Shown here: one piece after another, positions 28,777-39,527 of the stretch
Layout: each line of letters starts with the position of its first letter
Position numbering within the stretch: position 1 is the first letter of the stretch
Origin: Alphaproteobacteria bacterium
GTDB taxonomy: Bacteria; Pseudomonadota; Alphaproteobacteria; UBA8366; GCA-2717185
Direction of reading: 5' to 3'
Length of the DNA: 64,000 nucleotides
Assembly (NCBI GenBank): GCA_040905865.1
Contig: JBBDQU010000085.1
Coordinates: 48,295 to 112,294, forward strand
Program-made: the position numbers and the translations under genes
The notes under the pieces: generated by a model
Databases searched by the model: none
What the model saw: only the letters and a program-made list of their open reading frames with translations
Told to the model about the DNA's origin: nothing

Positions 28777-29553
28777 ATGCCCGCACAATTGTATGCCCAT
28801 AATCCGGCGAACTGGTCGGACCTTACCGCGGAATTCGATGCCTGGGCGGCCGCGGGCAGACAGGCAGACTTATGGTGGCGCGACGATGACGCCACCGTTC
28901 CCGGACCCGCGCTGGACCGGCTGCTGAAGACTGCGGATTCGCGGCCCCTGTCGCTTGCCGTAATTCCGTCCGGCGCCACAAGGGAGCTTGTTCGATTCGT
29001 CGACGACAATCCCCATGTTGCCGTCCTGCAGCACGGCTATGCCCATGCGAACCACGCACCGGACGGCGAGAAGAAATCGGAATTCGGCGACCATCGGCCC
29101 CTGCGGACGATGCTGCCGGAGATCGTGGAAGGCCGGAAGCGGCTGGCCGGCCTGTTCGGCAACCGGTTTCTGTCCGTCTTCGTACCGCCCTGGAACCGGA
29201 TAGCCGATCCCGTCGCGGCGGAGCTGGGCGCATGCGGCGTGCGGGCCATATCCGCCTTCGGGCGGCGCAAGCCCGGATCCGTCCCCCGGCGGCTCAATTG
29301 CCACGTCGACATTGTGAACTGGCGCGGCAATCGGGGTTTTCTGGGCGCCGGGCCGGTACTGGACACGCTGGTCAGGCTACTGGCGGAAATTCGAACCGGT
29401 GCCCCGGAAGATGCGGAACCTGTCGGGCTGCTGACGCATCACCGCGACCATGACGACGCCGGCTGGCGCTTTCTGGAAGACCTGTTCTCGGTTTCGACGG
29501 ACCATCCCGGCGCGCGCTGGATGCCCGCGGCCACGGGGATCGCCGATGGATAG
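28777..29553 (+). CDS. Polysaccharide-deacetylase-like protein (divergent)
   Basis: ..LWWRDDDAT.. (Asp-rich motif) and ..VLQHGYAHANH.. (His cluster) resemble NodB-like/divergent deacetylase families. Assignment is tentative. Confidence 0.5.
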   Translation: MPAQLYAHNPANWSDLTAEFDAWAAAGRQADLWWRDDDATVPGPALDRLLKTADSRPLSLAVIPSGATRELVRFVDDNPHVAVLQHGYAHANHAPDGEKKSEFGDHRPLRTMLPEIVEGRKRLAGLFGNRFLSVFVPPWNRIADPVAAELGACGVRAISAFGRRKPGSVPRRLNCHVDIVNWRGNRGFLGAGPVLDTLVRLLAEIRTGAPEDAEPVGLLTHHRDHDDAGWRFLEDLFSVSTDHPGARWMPAATGIADG

Positions 29554-30064
29554 CCTGTCCCTGCGGTATCCGGCGCGCAGCCTCTATGGCGATTACCTGC
29601 GCGCCCTGGTCGGCGTCGTGATCCTCGGCACGCCGTTTTTCTATGCCGGGAGCAGCCCGGTTGTCGCGACGATTCTCGGTTCGCTGCTGCTGCTATTTGT
29701 CGGCTTCGGCGTGCGGACCTATCTTCGTCAGATCACCACGATCAGCGTTTCTCCGGACGCCATCGCCACAATCGGCCCCTTCGGCAAACGCATTGCATGG
29801 GACGATATCAGCCGTGTCGACCTGAAATATTTCTCCACGCGACGGGAAAAATCCGCAAGACGCGGCGACGGTTGGATGCAGATGAAGATCTGCGGTCCCA
29901 CGGGGTGTATGCAGCTTGATTCGTCTTTGCCACAATTTAACGATCTTGCCGCTAGAGTTGCCGCGGCGGCATTCCGGAACGGGGCGGAGATGACGGATAC
30001 AACGGTGGAGAACTTCACGACGCTTGGCGTTACCGTGACGTTCCCGGAAGAGGCTACAGAATGA
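29546..30064 (+). CDS. Small membrane protein (2 TM plus cytoplasmic domain), unknown function
   Basis: Two hydrophobic helices ([13 protein letters not shown]..., [18 protein letters not shown]) are followed by a soluble ~100-aa tail. It overlaps both neighbours: 8 nt upstream and ATGA downstream. Confidence 0.6.
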   Translation: MDSLSLRYPARSLYGDYLRALVGVVILGTPFFYAGSSPVVATILGSLLLLFVGFGVRTYLRQITTISVSPDAIATIGPFGKRIAWDDISRVDLKYFSTRREKSARRGDGWMQMKICGPTGCMQLDSSLPQFNDLAARVAAAAFRNGAEMTDTTVENFTTLGVTVTFPEEATE

Positions 30065-31959
30065 CAACGGCGAACAATCTCCTTTCCGTCGAGAACCTGA
30101 AGATCAATTTCAGGATCCCGAATGGCGAGGTTGCGGCGGTCAGGGATGTGTCTTTCCGGATCATGCCCGGCTCCACGGTCGCGCTTGTCGGTGAATCGGG
30201 CTCGGGAAAATCGGTCATCTCGCAGGCCATCATGGGCATCCTGCCCAAGGCCGCGGAAATTGCCGGCGGCCGGATCATGTTCAACGATCCGGCCAGGCCG
30301 GGCGAACCCGTCGATATCGCGGCGATGGATCCGGCGCGCGCGGAAATGCGGGCGATCCGCGGCGACCGCATTTCGATTATCTTCCAGGAGCCCATGACAT
30401 CGCTGTCGCCGCTGCACACGGTCGGCGACCAGATCAGCGAGGCCCTGCACCTGCACCGGTCCTGTTCGAAGCCGGAGGGCCAGGAGCTGACCCGGGAAAT
30501 GCTGCGCCTGGTCGGCTTTCCCGACCCCGCCCGTGCGTTGCGGACCTACCCGTTCGAACTGTCCGGGGGATTGCGCCAGCGGGCCATGATTGCGATGGCG
30601 CTGATCTGCCGCCCCGTCCTGCTGATCGCGGATGAACCGACAACGGCGCTCGATGTCACCATTCAGGCGCAGATCCTGAAGCTGATCGTCGACCTGCAGG
30701 CGGAACTGGGCATGGCGGTGCTGATGATCACCCATGATCTGGGCGTCGTCGCCAACATGGCCGACGAGATCGTCGTCATGTATCATGGCGAGGTCATGGA
30801 ATCGGGGACGCTCGACGATATTTTCCGCCATGCGCAGCATCCCTACCTGAAGGCGCTGCAGCACGCGGTGCCCCGCTTCGACATGAAACCGGGCGAAAGG
30901 CTGACCCCGATCCGGGGGATTGAACCGGCGCGCGGATTCCTGCACGAGGCGAAGAAACCCTGGCCGGACGGCGCGGACGCGGCTGGGCCGTTGCTCAAGG
31001 TGGAAAACCTGCGCAAGGAATACGTCATCCGCAAGAGCGGCTGGTTCGGTTCGGACGACGCGAGCCGGATCGTCGCCGTCGACGATGTGAGTTTCGAGAT
31101 CACCCGCGGCGAATGCCTTGGACTCGTCGGCGAGAGCGGCTGCGGGAAAACCACCCTGTCGAAGATGCTGATGCGGGCCGTGACCGCCGATAGCGGCGCC
31201 GTTTCGTTCAACGACCACGGCCACCTGATCGACGTGCTGGGCCTGAGCAAGGAAGCGTTGAGCCCTTTCCGCCGGAAGATGCAGTTTATCTTCCAGGACC
31301 CCTATTCTTCGCTGAACCCCCGGATGACCGTATTCGACATCATTACCGAACCGCTGGTCATCCATGACATCGGCGACGAGGCCAGCCGGCGCAACAGCGC
31401 CCGGGAACTGATGAATCTGGTCGGGCTGGATGTCCGGCACCTGAACCGCTACCCGCACAGCTTTTCAGGCGGGCAGCGGCAGCGCATCGGCATCGCCCGC
31501 GCGCTGGCCCTGCAGCCGGACCTGCTGATCTGCGACGAGCCTGTATCGGCGCTCGATGTGTCGGTGCAGGCGCAGGTGTTGAATTTGCTGAAGGACCTGC
31601 AAAGCGAGCTTGGCCTGACCTATCTGTTCATTTCGCACAATCTGGCGGTGGTCGACTATATCGCGGATCGGATCGCCGTGATGTGCCAGGGCCGGCTTGT
31701 CGAAACGGCGCCCTGCGCGGAACTGTTCCGCAACCCGGTGCATCCCTATACGAAGGCATTGCTGCTCGCGGTGCCGGATCCGAACCCGGATAATTTGCTG
31801 GACTTTTCAGCCATCCTGGAAGACCGCGCCTCGGCGCCATCCGCCTGGCCGGCCCCGTTTACGGAAAACGGTGTCGATCGGCCGATCCTGCGCAGTATCG
31901 GCGCCGGTCACGCGGTGCGCGTCCTGCCCGACGCCGATCTTGGAACGTGGATGTCATGA
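30061..31959 (+). CDS. Fused double-NBD ABC ATPase (DppD/DppF, YejF-like)
   Basis: Two complete NBDs: GESGSGKS...LSGGLRQR...[12 protein letters not shown] and GESGCGKT...FSGGQRQR...[12 protein letters not shown]. Confidence 0.92.
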   Translation: MTTANNLLSVENLKINFRIPNGEVAAVRDVSFRIMPGSTVALVGESGSGKSVISQAIMGILPKAAEIAGGRIMFNDPARPGEPVDIAAMDPARAEMRAIRGDRISIIFQEPMTSLSPLHTVGDQISEALHLHRSCSKPEGQELTREMLRLVGFPDPARALRTYPFELSGGLRQRAMIAMALICRPVLLIADEPTTALDVTIQAQILKLIVDLQAELGMAVLMITHDLGVVANMADEIVVMYHGEVMESGTLDDIFRHAQHPYLKALQHAVPRFDMKPGERLTPIRGIEPARGFLHEAKKPWPDGADAAGPLLKVENLRKEYVIRKSGWFGSDDASRIVAVDDVSFEITRGECLGLVGESGCGKTTLSKMLMRAVTADSGAVSFNDHGHLIDVLGLSKEALSPFRRKMQFIFQDPYSSLNPRMTVFDIITEPLVIHDIGDEASRRNSARELMNLVGLDVRHLNRYPHSFSGGQRQRIGIARALALQPDLLICDEPVSALDVSVQAQVLNLLKDLQSELGLTYLFISHNLAVVDYIADRIAVMCQGRLVETAPCAELFRNPVHPYTKALLLAVPDPNPDNLLDFSAILEDRASAPSAWPAPFTENGVDRPILRSIGAGHAVRVLPDADLGTWMS

Positions 31960-33875
31960 GATACTGGTTGAAACGCAGCGCAATTGCGATTGCCGCGATT
32001 ATCATGCCTGTGGTTGGCGCCGCCGCCATGACCTATACGGAAACGCCGGGCCTGGCGCCAATGGTGGAAAGCGGCGACCTGCCGCCTGTGGCAGAGCGGC
32101 TGCCGCAGGTTCCGCTGGTCGCGCCGATGAACAAGCCAGGCCAGACGATCGGACGGCATGGCGGCGCTATAAATACCATCATGGCCAGCGCCAAGGATGT
32201 CCGGCTGATGGTGGTTTACGGCTATGCCCGGCTGGTAAAATACGGCCGGGACCTGGAACTGGCGCCCGACCTGCTGGAACGGATCGATATCGAAGAGGGC
32301 CGGTCCTTCACGATGCATCTGCGGCCGGGCCATAAATGGTCGGACGGTGAACCGTTCACGACCGAGGATTTCCGGTATTACTGGGAAGATGTCGCCAATA
32401 ACGAGTTTCTGTCGCCGACAGGGCCGACCACGGTCCTGCGTGTCGGAACCGAATTGCCGAAAGTCACCATTATCGACGCCACGACCGTTCGCTACGAATG
32501 GTCGAAGCCCAACCCGGCCTTTCTGCCGGCGCTCGCCAGCGCCACGCCGCTGTATATCTACCGTCCGTCACATTACCTGAAGCAGTTCCACCGGCGCTAC
32601 GTCGATGAAACGAAACTGAACGAAATGGCCCTGGAACAGGGCCAGCGGAACTGGGCAGCCCTGCATAACAAGGAAGACCACCAGTACCGTAACCAGAACA
32701 TAAAACTGCCGTCCCTGCAGCCCTGGATCAATACGACGGAAGGCCCGGCGGAACGATTCGTCTTCACGCGTAACCCGTATTACCACAAGGTCGATCCGGG
32801 CGGCCGGCAACTGCCCTATATCGACAGCGTCGTGATGAATATCGCCAGCGGCAAGATCATTCCGGCCAAGGTCGGTACCGGTCAGTCCGACCTGCAGGCG
32901 CGCTACCTGCGCTTCGACAACTTCACCTTCCTGAAACGAAACGAGAAGAAAAGCGGCTATTCGACCTATCTGTGGCGTATCGCCAAGGGGTCCCACCTGA
33001 CCCTGTTTCCCAATCTGAACGCCAACGACCCGGTCTGGCGCAAACTGTTGCGAGATGTGCGGTTCCGCCGGGCGATTTCGATGGGGATCAATCGCCACGA
33101 ACTGAATCAGGTGATTTACTACGGGCTTGCGCTGCCGGCGCAGAATACCGTGCTGCCGGAAAGCCCCCTGTTCAAGGAGGAGTATCAGAAGGCCTGGGCG
33201 CAGTATGACATCGCGGCCGCGAACCGGCTGCTGGACGAAATCGGCCTGACCGGCCGTGACCACCGCGGCATCCGCCTGCTGCCCGACGGACGGCCGCTGG
33301 AAATCATCGTCGAATCGACCGGCGAAAGCACCGAGGAAGCGGATGTCCTGGAACTGATGACGGACAGTCTGGCGCTGGCCGGCGTCAAGCTGCTGACCAA
33401 ACCGTCGCAGCGCGAGGTCATGCGCAACCGCATCTATGCGGGCGACACCATCATGGCGATCTCTTCGGGCCTCGAAAACGGTGTCCCGAATGCGGATATG
33501 GACCCGGAAAATCTCGCGCCGATCCACCAGATCCATTACCAGTGGCCGAAATGGGGCCAGCACGCCGAAACCATGGGCCGGATGGGCGAACCCGTTGACC
33601 TGCCGGCGGCCGCCCGGCTGGTCGAGCTGCGCAAGCAATGGTACCGGTCCACCAATACCGCCGACCGCCGGAAAATCTGGCACGAGATGCTCGCGATCAA
33701 TGCCGAACAGGTCTTCACCATCGGCCTGATTTCGGGCGTGCTGCAGCCGGTCGTCGTGCGGGACACGCTGCGGAACGTTCCCCAGAAAGGCATCTACAAC
33801 TGGGATCCCGGTGCGCATTTCGGAATCTACGAGCCCGACAGTTTCTGGTTCCTCGAAGAAACCGCAGGCAGATAG
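31956..33875 (+). CDS. ABC substrate-binding protein, family 5 (peptide/opine/nickel type, YejA-like size)
   Basis: Signal peptide [24 protein letters not shown], 639 aa, SBP_bac_5-like body. ATG 31956 overlaps the upstream TGA (ATGA). Confidence 0.85.
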   Translation: MRYWLKRSAIAIAAIIMPVVGAAAMTYTETPGLAPMVESGDLPPVAERLPQVPLVAPMNKPGQTIGRHGGAINTIMASAKDVRLMVVYGYARLVKYGRDLELAPDLLERIDIEEGRSFTMHLRPGHKWSDGEPFTTEDFRYYWEDVANNEFLSPTGPTTVLRVGTELPKVTIIDATTVRYEWSKPNPAFLPALASATPLYIYRPSHYLKQFHRRYVDETKLNEMALEQGQRNWAALHNKEDHQYRNQNIKLPSLQPWINTTEGPAERFVFTRNPYYHKVDPGGRQLPYIDSVVMNIASGKIIPAKVGTGQSDLQARYLRFDNFTFLKRNEKKSGYSTYLWRIAKGSHLTLFPNLNANDPVWRKLLRDVRFRRAISMGINRHELNQVIYYGLALPAQNTVLPESPLFKEEYQKAWAQYDIAAANRLLDEIGLTGRDHRGIRLLPDGRPLEIIVESTGESTEEADVLELMTDSLALAGVKLLTKPSQREVMRNRIYAGDTIMAISSGLENGVPNADMDPENLAPIHQIHYQWPKWGQHAETMGRMGEPVDLPAAARLVELRKQWYRSTNTADRRKIWHEMLAINAEQVFTIGLISGVLQPVVVRDTLRNVPQKGIYNWDPGAHFGIYEPDSFWFLEETAGR

Positions 33876-33891
33876 GGCAGGGCACAGCGGA

Positions 33892-34890
33892 ATGTTTGGG
33901 TACATCATCCATCGACTACTCGTCATGATCCCGACGCTGATCGTTATCAGCGCGCTGGTCTTCATTATAATCCAGCTGCCGCCCGGGGATTATTTCACCA
34001 CCTATATGAACGAGCTGCAAAGCCGCGGCGAAGCCGTCGATGCGGAAAAACTTGAATTCATCAAGGAGCAGTACGGCTTCGGCAAACCGATGTGGGAACA
34101 GTATTTCGTCTGGGTCTTCGGCCTGCTGCAAGGCGATCTTGGCTATTCCTTCGAGTTCAGCCGTCCGGTTTCGGAAGTCGTCGGCGACCGGCTCGCTCTC
34201 AGTTTCATTGTCTCGTTCACAACGATCCTCTTCACCTGGATCGTGGCCTTTCCCATCGGCGTCTATTCCGCCGTCCGGCAGTACAGTATCGGCGATTACA
34301 GCCTGACCTTCCTCGGCTTTCTCGGCCTGGCGACGCCGAACTTCCTGCTGGCGCTGGTGCTGCAATGGCTGGCCTACAGTTATTTCGGCACGTCGATCGG
34401 CGGCCTGATGGACCCGGAATACATCGACCAGCCCTGGACCATGGGCAAGTTCCTGTCCGTGATGGAGCATCTCTGGGTGCCGGTCCTCGTCATCGGCACA
34501 TCGGGCACGGCCGGCATGATCCGCCGGCTGCGCGCCAACCTGCTGGACGAACTGCACAAGCAGTACGTCACCACGGCGCGCGCCAAGGGCCTGCCGCCCG
34601 GCAGGGCGCTGGTAAAATACCCGCTGCGCATGGCGCTGAATCCCTTCATCGCCGATATCGGCAACCTGCTGCCGGAAGTCATTTCAGGGGCGGCGATCGT
34701 GTCCATCGTGCTGTCGCTGCCGACCACCGGCCCGATGCTGCTGAACGCGCTGCAGAGCCAGGACATGTACCTCGCCGGGTCCTTCCTGATGTTCCTGGCG
34801 ACGCTGACCGTGATCGGGACGCTGTTATCCGACCTGGCGCTTGCGATGCTGGATCCGCGAATCCGGCTTGGCGGAGGAGGCACGCGATGA
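33892..34890 (+). CDS. ABC permease (DppB/YejB-like)
   Basis: N-terminus MFGYIIHRLLVMIPTLIVISALVFIIIQLPPGDY, and the EAA-type loop ..YVTTARAKGLP... Confidence 0.9.
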   Translation: MFGYIIHRLLVMIPTLIVISALVFIIIQLPPGDYFTTYMNELQSRGEAVDAEKLEFIKEQYGFGKPMWEQYFVWVFGLLQGDLGYSFEFSRPVSEVVGDRLALSFIVSFTTILFTWIVAFPIGVYSAVRQYSIGDYSLTFLGFLGLATPNFLLALVLQWLAYSYFGTSIGGLMDPEYIDQPWTMGKFLSVMEHLWVPVLVIGTSGTAGMIRRLRANLLDELHKQYVTTARAKGLPPGRALVKYPLRMALNPFIADIGNLLPEVISGAAIVSIVLSLPTTGPMLLNALQSQDMYLAGSFLMFLATLTVIGTLLSDLALAMLDPRIRLGGGGTR

Positions 34891-36059
34891 CCGATTCGCC
34901 AATTCCCCATTACGTCAACAAGGCCGAATTCGACCCGAATACGGTCGTCACCCTGTCGCCGGAGCAGGAACGCTTCTACATGGCGTCGCAGTGGCGGCTG
35001 ATGTGGTGGAAGCTGAAGCGCCACAAGCTGGCCGTCGTCAGCGGCATCTTCCTGCTGCTGGTCTATCTGTCGATCGTGATCAGCGAGATCCTGGCGCCCT
35101 ACAACCTGCATGCCCGCAATACCGAATACCTGTATGCGCCGCCGCAATCGGTGCACCTGTTTCATGAAGGCAGCTTCGTCGGCCCCTTTGTCTATGGCAT
35201 GACGCCCAGCCTCAACATGGAACAGCTGCAATGGACCTATGCGGAGGATACCTCGCGCGTGCAGCCGATCCGGTTTTTCTGCACCGCCAATGATTACAAT
35301 GGCGCGACGTACGAATTCTGGGGCCTGTTCCCCGCCAGTTTCCACCTGTTCTGTCCGGCGGCGGGCCAGCAGCTCTTCCTGCTGGGCACCGACCGGCTGG
35401 GCCGCGACGTGCTGAGCCGCATCCTCTACGGCGCGCGGATATCGCTCACCGTCGGGCTGATCGGCATAACGATCAGCTTCGTCATGGGGCTGACCATCGG
35501 CGGGCTTGCCGGGTATTACGGCGGCATGGTCGATACCGTCGTGCAGCGCATCATCGAAATCATCCGCTCCTTCCCGTCCCTGCCGTTATGGATGGCGCTG
35601 TCCGCGATCCTGCCGGTGACCTGGAGTCCGATCCTCGTCTTCGCCGGCATTACCGTCATCCTCGGCATGCTCGACTGGCCGGGGCTGGCGCGCGCGGTGC
35701 GGTCCAAGTTGCTGGCGCTGCGCGAGGAGGATTTCTGCACCGCCGCCGAACTGATGGGCGCCAGGCCGGGCCGGATCATCGGGCGGCACCTGCTGCCCAG
35801 CTTCATGAGCCATCTGATCGCCTCCGCGACCCTGTCGATTCCGAGCATGATCCTGGGCGAGACGGCGCTGAGCTTCCTTGGCCTCGGGCTGCGGCCGCCG
35901 ATCACCAGCTGGGGCGTGCTGCTGAACGAGGCGCAGAACATCAACGTGGTCGCGCTGTATCCCTGGCTGATGTACCCGGTCGTGCCGGTCATCCTGATCG
36001 TGCTGGCCTTCCAGTTCTTCGGCGACGGGTTGCGCGACGCCGCCGACCCCTACAAGTAA
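34887..36059 (+). CDS. ABC permease (DppC/YejE-like)
   Basis: ..LLGTDRLGRDVLSRILYGARISL.. and ..FCTAAELMGARPGRII..HLLP.. are typical of DppC-type permeases. ATGA coupling at 34887. Confidence 0.9.
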   Translation: MTDSPIPHYVNKAEFDPNTVVTLSPEQERFYMASQWRLMWWKLKRHKLAVVSGIFLLLVYLSIVISEILAPYNLHARNTEYLYAPPQSVHLFHEGSFVGPFVYGMTPSLNMEQLQWTYAEDTSRVQPIRFFCTANDYNGATYEFWGLFPASFHLFCPAAGQQLFLLGTDRLGRDVLSRILYGARISLTVGLIGITISFVMGLTIGGLAGYYGGMVDTVVQRIIEIIRSFPSLPLWMALSAILPVTWSPILVFAGITVILGMLDWPGLARAVRSKLLALREEDFCTAAELMGARPGRIIGRHLLPSFMSHLIASATLSIPSMILGETALSFLGLGLRPPITSWGVLLNEAQNINVVALYPWLMYPVVPVILIVLAFQFFGDGLRDAADPYK

Positions 36060-36068
36060 GGGGCCGGG

Positions 36069-37424
36069 TTAACGCCCGACGAGCACGACGGTATCGACAG
36101 GGTTTTCGACGCCGGCGATGCCCTCGGCCCGCCGCGCGAGGCAGGGGGCTGGCGGCGTATAGCCCTGGCTCTGCGCGAGCGCATAGGATTCGCCCGTCGT
36201 CAGGGCCGTGGTCCGCGCCGACCGGTTATGTTTTTCCAGCTTGGCGCAGAGGTTCACCGGGTCGCCGATCACCGTGTATTCCAGCCGCGTTTCATCGCCG
36301 ACCGCGCCGAACACGATCCGGCCGGTGACGACCGCCATGCCGATTTCCACCGGCTTGCGGCCCGCCGCGACGCGGTCCGCCCGCCAGACGATGAAGGCCT
36401 TATGCAGGTCGTCGACTGCGCGCATGGCGTCGGCGGCATAGGTATCGCTGGGCAGCACCGCGCCGAAGGTCGCCAGGATTCCGTCGCCCAGGAACTTGTC
36501 GATATTGCCGCCATGCGCCTGGATCACCGGCACCATCCGCGATTCATACTCGGTCAGCAGGGCGATGAGATCCGAAGGCGCCAACTCGTTCGACAGCGCG
36601 GTGAAACCGCGGATATCGGTCATCAGGATGGCGGCTTCGCGGGCCTCGCCCTGCCCGGGCCGGATCCGGGTGGCCGAATGGGTGATCTTGTCGGCGATCT
36701 CCGGCGAGAAGAATCGCGCCAGGTCCTTCGCCGCAGCCGCCTCGATCACCGACCGTTCGAGCAGCCGCCGCGCGCGGTACAGCGCGACCGACAGGATCGC
36801 GGTGACGATCAGGATGGAAATGATCTTGTCGAATTCCGCGCCGAGCAGGATGGCGTTCGAGGTCATATAGGCGACGTAGTCGCGCGTGATCATGTTGTCG
36901 TGCGGGTCGACGGTAATCACATAGCCGACCATCAGCAGCCAGCCCCCCGCGGCGACCAGCCCGGCAAGGATGACATAGCGCGCCTCGAACCGCAGCGCCC
37001 GCAGCACGATGAAGATGAAGACATAGAGCAGGGTGGGCGCCTTCAGATAGAAGGATGCCGGCTGGTCGTACTGGATATGGAAGCTCCAGATCACGGTCAG
37101 CAGCAGGGAAAGGTCGGCCACCACCGACAGCGCCAGGAACCAGCCGGGCAGCCGGATGCGGTAGGACAGCCAGATCCGGAAGACGGAGAACACGAAATAC
37201 ACGGCCAGCGCGATGCCGACCGGGGTCTGCCAGGGAACCACCGTCGATGTCTTCGGCGATATCGCATACAGGGCGCCGAAGATCAGCACGACGCCGAACT
37301 GGACCCAGGCGATCAGCCGTTCGCTGGCATCCTCCTGATTCGCGATCGTTTCCCGCACCCGTTCCGGCACATTGAGGCCGCTGTCGCCGCGGTTGAAGAT
37401 AGCGGGCAGAACCGGTCGTTTCAT
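36069..37424 (-). CDS. Membrane-anchored class III adenylate/guanylate cyclase
   Basis: N-terminal ~6 TM helices, then a CHD domain: ILMTDIRGFTALS, KFLGDGILATFG, YTVIGDPVNLCAKLE. Start at ATG 37424. Confidence 0.88.
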   Translation of the reverse strand: MKRPVLPAIFNRGDSGLNVPERVRETIANQEDASERLIAWVQFGVVLIFGALYAISPKTSTVVPWQTPVGIALAVYFVFSVFRIWLSYRIRLPGWFLALSVVADLSLLLTVIWSFHIQYDQPASFYLKAPTLLYVFIFIVLRALRFEARYVILAGLVAAGGWLLMVGYVITVDPHDNMITRDYVAYMTSNAILLGAEFDKIISILIVTAILSVALYRARRLLERSVIEAAAAKDLARFFSPEIADKITHSATRIRPGQGEAREAAILMTDIRGFTALSNELAPSDLIALLTEYESRMVPVIQAHGGNIDKFLGDGILATFGAVLPSDTYAADAMRAVDDLHKAFIVWRADRVAAGRKPVEIGMAVVTGRIVFGAVGDETRLEYTVIGDPVNLCAKLEKHNRSARTTALTTGESYALAQSQGYTPPAPCLARRAEGIAGVENPVDTVVLVGR

Positions 37425-37443
37425 CCTTGGCGCTTTCGTCTGT

Positions 37444-38304
37444 TCAGGCGCGCTTTTCGAGCCACAGGCTCGATTCCATCGCGCCCGCGAGCAGGGGCAG
37501 CCGCCCGGCGACGCTAGCACGGACTGCATCCGACATGCGGGTCACAACATGGTGACTCCCGAACAGGACCTGCCAGGCGCCGCCCGCCAGCAGCGCCGCC
37601 ACGCCGAGCTGTTCGTTATAGCCGCGCCAGTCCCATTCGGCGGGGTAGGCGTCCGGCAGGAAAATGTCGTGGAAATGCACCACCACGCCGGCCGGCAGGA
37701 TCGGCAGCACGGTGTTGAGCAGCAGGTCCACGTCGCTGCCGGGCATCAGGATATGGCTGGAATCGATTGCGAGAATATCGCCCGCCGTCAGCCCCTCGAA
37801 AGGGGACAGCCCGGCTTCCTGCACCGTGCGGCGGTCCAGCGTCACGCTGGACAATCCGTCCAGCACGGCCCGGGGGGCCGGATCGATGGCCAGGATTTCG
37901 GTCGCCAGCGCGCCGTCCTTCACGGCGCGGGCGAAGAAGCGGGTCGAATGGCCGGAGCCGATTTCGACGATCCGCCGGGGCGCGTAGCGGCGCGCCATGG
38001 TATAGGCCATCGCACCGTCGAGCCGGGGAAACCAGTCCTGGTACCAGCGGGGCGCCGGCGCCGGCGCGTCGTCGCCAATGGCCAGCAGGCCGTCGGCGTA
38101 ACCGTCCATTGTTTTCAGCCACCCTTCGAAACCCGGCGTGCCGGCGTCCAGCAGCGCCTCGCTGGCGGGGTAGCCGCGCCGCGCGACCGAGGGCGGCATG
38201 TCGCCGGCATAGCGGTAGGGGATGAAGAACCCCTGCGCGTTCAGCCCCAGGACGGTCGGCAATCCGGCCCGGAGCCGCCGCCGCCATGCCTGAAACGGCG
38301 TCAT
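37444..38304 (-). CDS. Class I SAM-dependent methyltransferase (Methyltransf_24-like)
   Basis: Motif I IVEIGSGHSTRFFA, with downstream ILAIDSSH and VVVHFHDIF. 4-nt overlap with the upstream MBL gene. Confidence 0.7.
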   Translation of the reverse strand: MTPFQAWRRRLRAGLPTVLGLNAQGFFIPYRYAGDMPPSVARRGYPASEALLDAGTPGFEGWLKTMDGYADGLLAIGDDAPAPAPRWYQDWFPRLDGAMAYTMARRYAPRRIVEIGSGHSTRFFARAVKDGALATEILAIDPAPRAVLDGLSSVTLDRRTVQEAGLSPFEGLTAGDILAIDSSHILMPGSDVDLLLNTVLPILPAGVVVHFHDIFLPDAYPAEWDWRGYNEQLGVAALLAGGAWQVLFGSHHVVTRMSDAVRASVAGRLPLLAGAMESSLWLEKRA

Positions 38305-39134
38305 GGCCGCAGCGTCAGCCCTTCACGGGCGACGACGGTGCCCGGCCGCAGCGCGTCCGCCTGGCGCGCGACCTCATCCATGAAATCGTCATTGTGATTC
38401 GGGTCATGATGGAAGATCACCAGCGTCTTCACCCGCGCCGCATCGGCCAGCTTCGCGCCTTCCTGCCAGGTCGAGTGGCCGAACCCCTTGAATCGCGGGT
38501 ATTCCTCGTCCGTATAGGTCGCGTCGTAAATCATGATATCGGCGTCCCGCACCAGCGCCGCGATGTTGTCGTCGATCCGGCCCTCGAAATGTTCCGTATC
38601 GGTGATGTAGCAGATCGCCCGCCCGTCGAATTCGATCCGGTAGCCGGTCGCCCGGTTGGGATGGTTCAGCGGTCCGGTGCGGATCGTCACCCCGTCGCCG
38701 GGGGTCAGCACCGCGCCGCATTCGAAGTCGTTATAGGTCACCCCGGCCTGGAAGATATCCGGCGGCACGGGAAACAGCGGCGCCATCATCATTTCGACCA
38801 GCACCTGGCGCAGGGTATGTTCCGGCAGCAGATGGCCGGCCCACAGCCGCACGATATTGCCCGGAATGAACATCGGGATGAAGAAGGGCAGCCCGCAGAC
38901 ATGGTCGAAATGGGTATGGGTGAAGAACAGGTCGATTTCGCCCGGCCCCAGCGGCACCAGCCTGTTGCCCAGCTTGCGCAGCCCGGTGCCGCCGTCGAAG
39001 ATGATCCGGCGGTCACCGCACATGACTTCCAGACAGGAGGTGTCGCCGCCATACCGGATCGTTTCCGGACCGGGACAGGCGATACTGCCGCGCACGCCCC
39101 AGAAGGTGACGCTGAATTCCTGCTGCTCCGTCAT
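38301..39134 (-). CDS. MBL-fold metallo-hydrolase
   Basis: N-terminus FWGVRGS..., metal motif THTHFDH (HxHxDH), and later His/Asp ligands (..ITDTEH.., ..FHHDP..). Confidence 0.85.
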   Translation of the reverse strand: MTEQQEFSVTFWGVRGSIACPGPETIRYGGDTSCLEVMCGDRRIIFDGGTGLRKLGNRLVPLGPGEIDLFFTHTHFDHVCGLPFFIPMFIPGNIVRLWAGHLLPEHTLRQVLVEMMMAPLFPVPPDIFQAGVTYNDFECGAVLTPGDGVTIRTGPLNHPNRATGYRIEFDGRAICYITDTEHFEGRIDDNIAALVRDADIMIYDATYTDEEYPRFKGFGHSTWQEGAKLADAARVKTLVIFHHDPNHNDDFMDEVARQADALRPGTVVAREGLTLRP

Positions 39135-39527
39135 ACTCCGCGTTTCCAGTTCCCTGGCAGCGCCCCTCCCCGATGCCTGAAGTGTAACCGTTACGATCCA
39201 TTACCGCCTCAAAAAACGGATCAAGGCCCCCATGCGCGGTATGGCCGGCATAAACCGGGATTCGATTGGCATCTATTGGCTTTTATCGGCATTTTCACGC
39301 AATCCTGCGGTGCGCGACCGGTTTTCCAGCGTCGATCCGGCCGATCGCGCCGGTGCCGGCCGGCAAAAAAATTGCCGGGCGATATACATCGATTAACATC
39401 GCTTAACATTTCACCCTGTCCGGCGTTAAAACATCAATACAGGAATATAGTCCGATGTCGCGCCAGTTCAAGGCCTGCGGGAAATTTCCGGGCCGCCGCG
39501 CGACGCAGGAGGAATACCGGTCGCCCC

